A DNA stretch of 64,000 nucleotides from an uncultured Rhodospirillaceae bacterium (GTDB lineage: Bacteria > Pseudomonadota > Alphaproteobacteria > Rhodospirillales > Rhodospirillaceae), in NCBI GenBank assembly GCA_943787205.1, contig CALSLN010000012.1, forward strand, positions 189-64,188, read 5' to 3'. Shown in pieces: positions 62,093 to 64,000 of this stretch (the first letter of the stretch is position 1; every line of letters begins with the position of its first letter). A program made the translations under genes and the position numbers. The notes beneath the pieces were generated by a model. The model saw only the letters and a program-made list of their open reading frames with translations, ran no database searches and was not told the DNA's origin.

Positions 62093-64000
62093 TCAAACAT
62101 TTCCGGTGGTCGGTTGAGACCCCACAACCCCATGACAATGCTTGTATTTCTTGCCCGAGCCGCAAGGGCATAACTCGTTTCTAGCGACCTTGCCCCAACT
62201 TGCCGGATTCTTCGAGTCGCGATCTTTGGGATTGACGCGCGGCATAGCCCGCTGCTGCCCGATTTCGTCGATCCGCTTGCGGCGCGTTCTTTTTGCTCCG
62301 GTGTAAGCGGCCGACTCTGCAGGGGTCCCGCCGGCTTAAGCTGGTCTGCTGTCGGTTCAACCTGGATCTCGACCCGGGATAATATTTCGGTGACGCGTTC
62401 GCGAAGACCTTCCAGCATCTCCTGGAACATCGAAAATGATTCTTTTTGATATTCAAGAAGTGGTTGCTTCTGGGCGTATGACCGAAGGTTTATGGACCCA
62501 CGCAGAAAATCCAATTGTTGCAGATGGTCGCGCCAACCCGCATCGATCATCTGTAATACCAAACTCTTCTCAACACGACGCATAACGTCCGTTCCGACGT
62601 TTACACTTTTCTCAGCCATCTTTCGATCTGATGCTTCAATCAAGCGGTCTTGAATCTCTTCGTTGGCAATTCCTTCTTCCTCCGCCCACTCGGCATAAGG
62701 GAGATCAAGTCCCAGTAGGCGCAAACTTTCCTCATGCAGAAGATCGATATCCCATTGTTCCGCCATAACCTGTTCGGGTAGAGCGCGGGCAACCAGGTCT
62801 TCAACGACCTCGTGGCGCATATCCGTGACGAAATCAGATACGTCCTCGGAAGACATTACTTCCTTACGTTGATCGAAGATCGCCTTGCGCTGATCGTTCA
62901 TCACGTCGTCGTACTGCAAAAGGTTTTTACGGATATCAAAGTTGCGCGCTTCAACCTTCTGTTGCGCTTTTTCAATCGCCTTGTTGATCCACGGGTGAAT
63001 AATCGCCTCACCCCGCTCCAGACCAAGGCGTTGCAGCATGCTGTCCATGCGTTCTGATCCAAAGATTCGCATGAGGTCGTCTTGTAGAGACAAGAAGAAT
63101 CTCGAGGAACCAGGGTCACCCTGGCGACCGGAACGACCACGTAACTGATTGTCTATGCGGCGACTCTCATGACGTTCGGTGCCAAGTACAAATAGCCCGC
63201 CCGCTTCTAGCGCGATATTTCTTTTTTCTTCAACGTCGTCACGAATGGCCTGCTTCTCAGAGCCGGGCAGGGGCTTGCCTTGAGCCTTTTCTTTTTCTTC
63301 AATTATGAAGTCAGGATTGCCACCCAGCTGAATGTCTGTGCCGCGACCCGCCATGTTTGTTGCGATTGTAACCGACCCAGGAACACCCGCCTGAGCAATA
63401 ATGTGCGCTTCGCGTTCGTGTTGCTTAGCGTTCAGCACTTCAGCTTTGACTTTTTGTTGCTGTTTTAACAGCTTTGCGAGCTGCTCTGATTTCTCAATCG
63501 ATACTGTACCGACCAGGACAGGCTGCCGGCGCGCATGACACTCTTCGATAAGTTCAATGATCGCCTCATTTTTTTCTTCTTCTGTGCGGTAGACTTCATC
63601 ATCAGCGTCGATGCGCGCTTGCGGAAGGTTTGGTGGGATTGCGATAACTTCTAATCCGTAAATCGACCCAAACTCTTCTGCTTCGGTCATCGCAGTCCCC
63701 GTCATACCCGCTAGCTTGGGATACATCCGGAAGTAGTTTTGATACGTGATCGAGGCCAGGGTTTGGTTCTCGTTTTGCACCGTGACCCCTTCTCTCGCTT
63801 CGATCGCCTGATGCAGACCGTCTGACAATCTCCGACCCTCCATCACCCGGCCGGTAAACTCGTCGATCAAATGCACGCGATCATCTCGCACAAGGTAGTG
63901 CACGTCTTTCTGGAACAGGTGGTGCGCACGCAGCCCCTGGTTGACGTGATGGATCAAGGTAATGTTCTGAAGGTCATACATATTACCGTCATCAAGAATA
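62093..64000 (-). pseudogene. secA: preprotein translocase ATPase SecA (5' end outside window), frame break(s) near the 3' end
   Basis: The long ORF 62065-63981 is the SecA body. The canonical Zn-finger tail [17 protein letters not shown] is in another frame and ends at 62093, with the break near 62230-62330. Confidence 0.9.

Overview
This 64-kb chromosomal segment has gene content and order typical of an alphaproteobacterium (inference from synteny, no search run). The core backbone is on the minus strand. It comprises mdh-sucC-sucD, then (after a sulfotransferase, a TonB-dependent receptor and other genes) sucA-sucB-lpdA, plus zapE, sdhCDAB, asd, leuC-(small ORF)-leuD-leuB, ffh, rpsP-rimM-trmD-rplS and secA. 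dapF-mtaB-ftsY lie on the plus strand. Accessory genes sit between these blocks: a lipoprotein with Gly-rich repeats behind a pair of palindromic operators, two tandem orphan family-5 solute-binding proteins, a GT2 glycosyltransferase, a class D beta-lactamase homolog, a truncated hemoglobin, a TonB-dependent receptor, a sulfotransferase, a ChaN lipoprotein and a secreted tandem-DUF1330 protein. The most unusual locus is at 36.8-43.7 kb, beside sdhCDAB. It holds five tandem, translationally coupled paralogs of a secreted protein family I cannot assign, followed by a long SAM-methyltransferase, a small acidic protein and a GPH-family symporter. I found no rRNA, tRNA, CRISPR array, transposase or integrase. 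As given, the sequence carries roughly thirty frameshifts (hand count), many in essential, otherwise well-conserved genes, and most of those I inspected sit at short homopolymer runs. I read these as consensus or assembly errors rather than true pseudogenes. Genes with disrupted frames are typed pseudogene only because the frame is broken in the sequence as given. CDS coordinates come from the ORF track plus codon arithmetic. Hand-placed non-coding features may be off by 1-2 nt.
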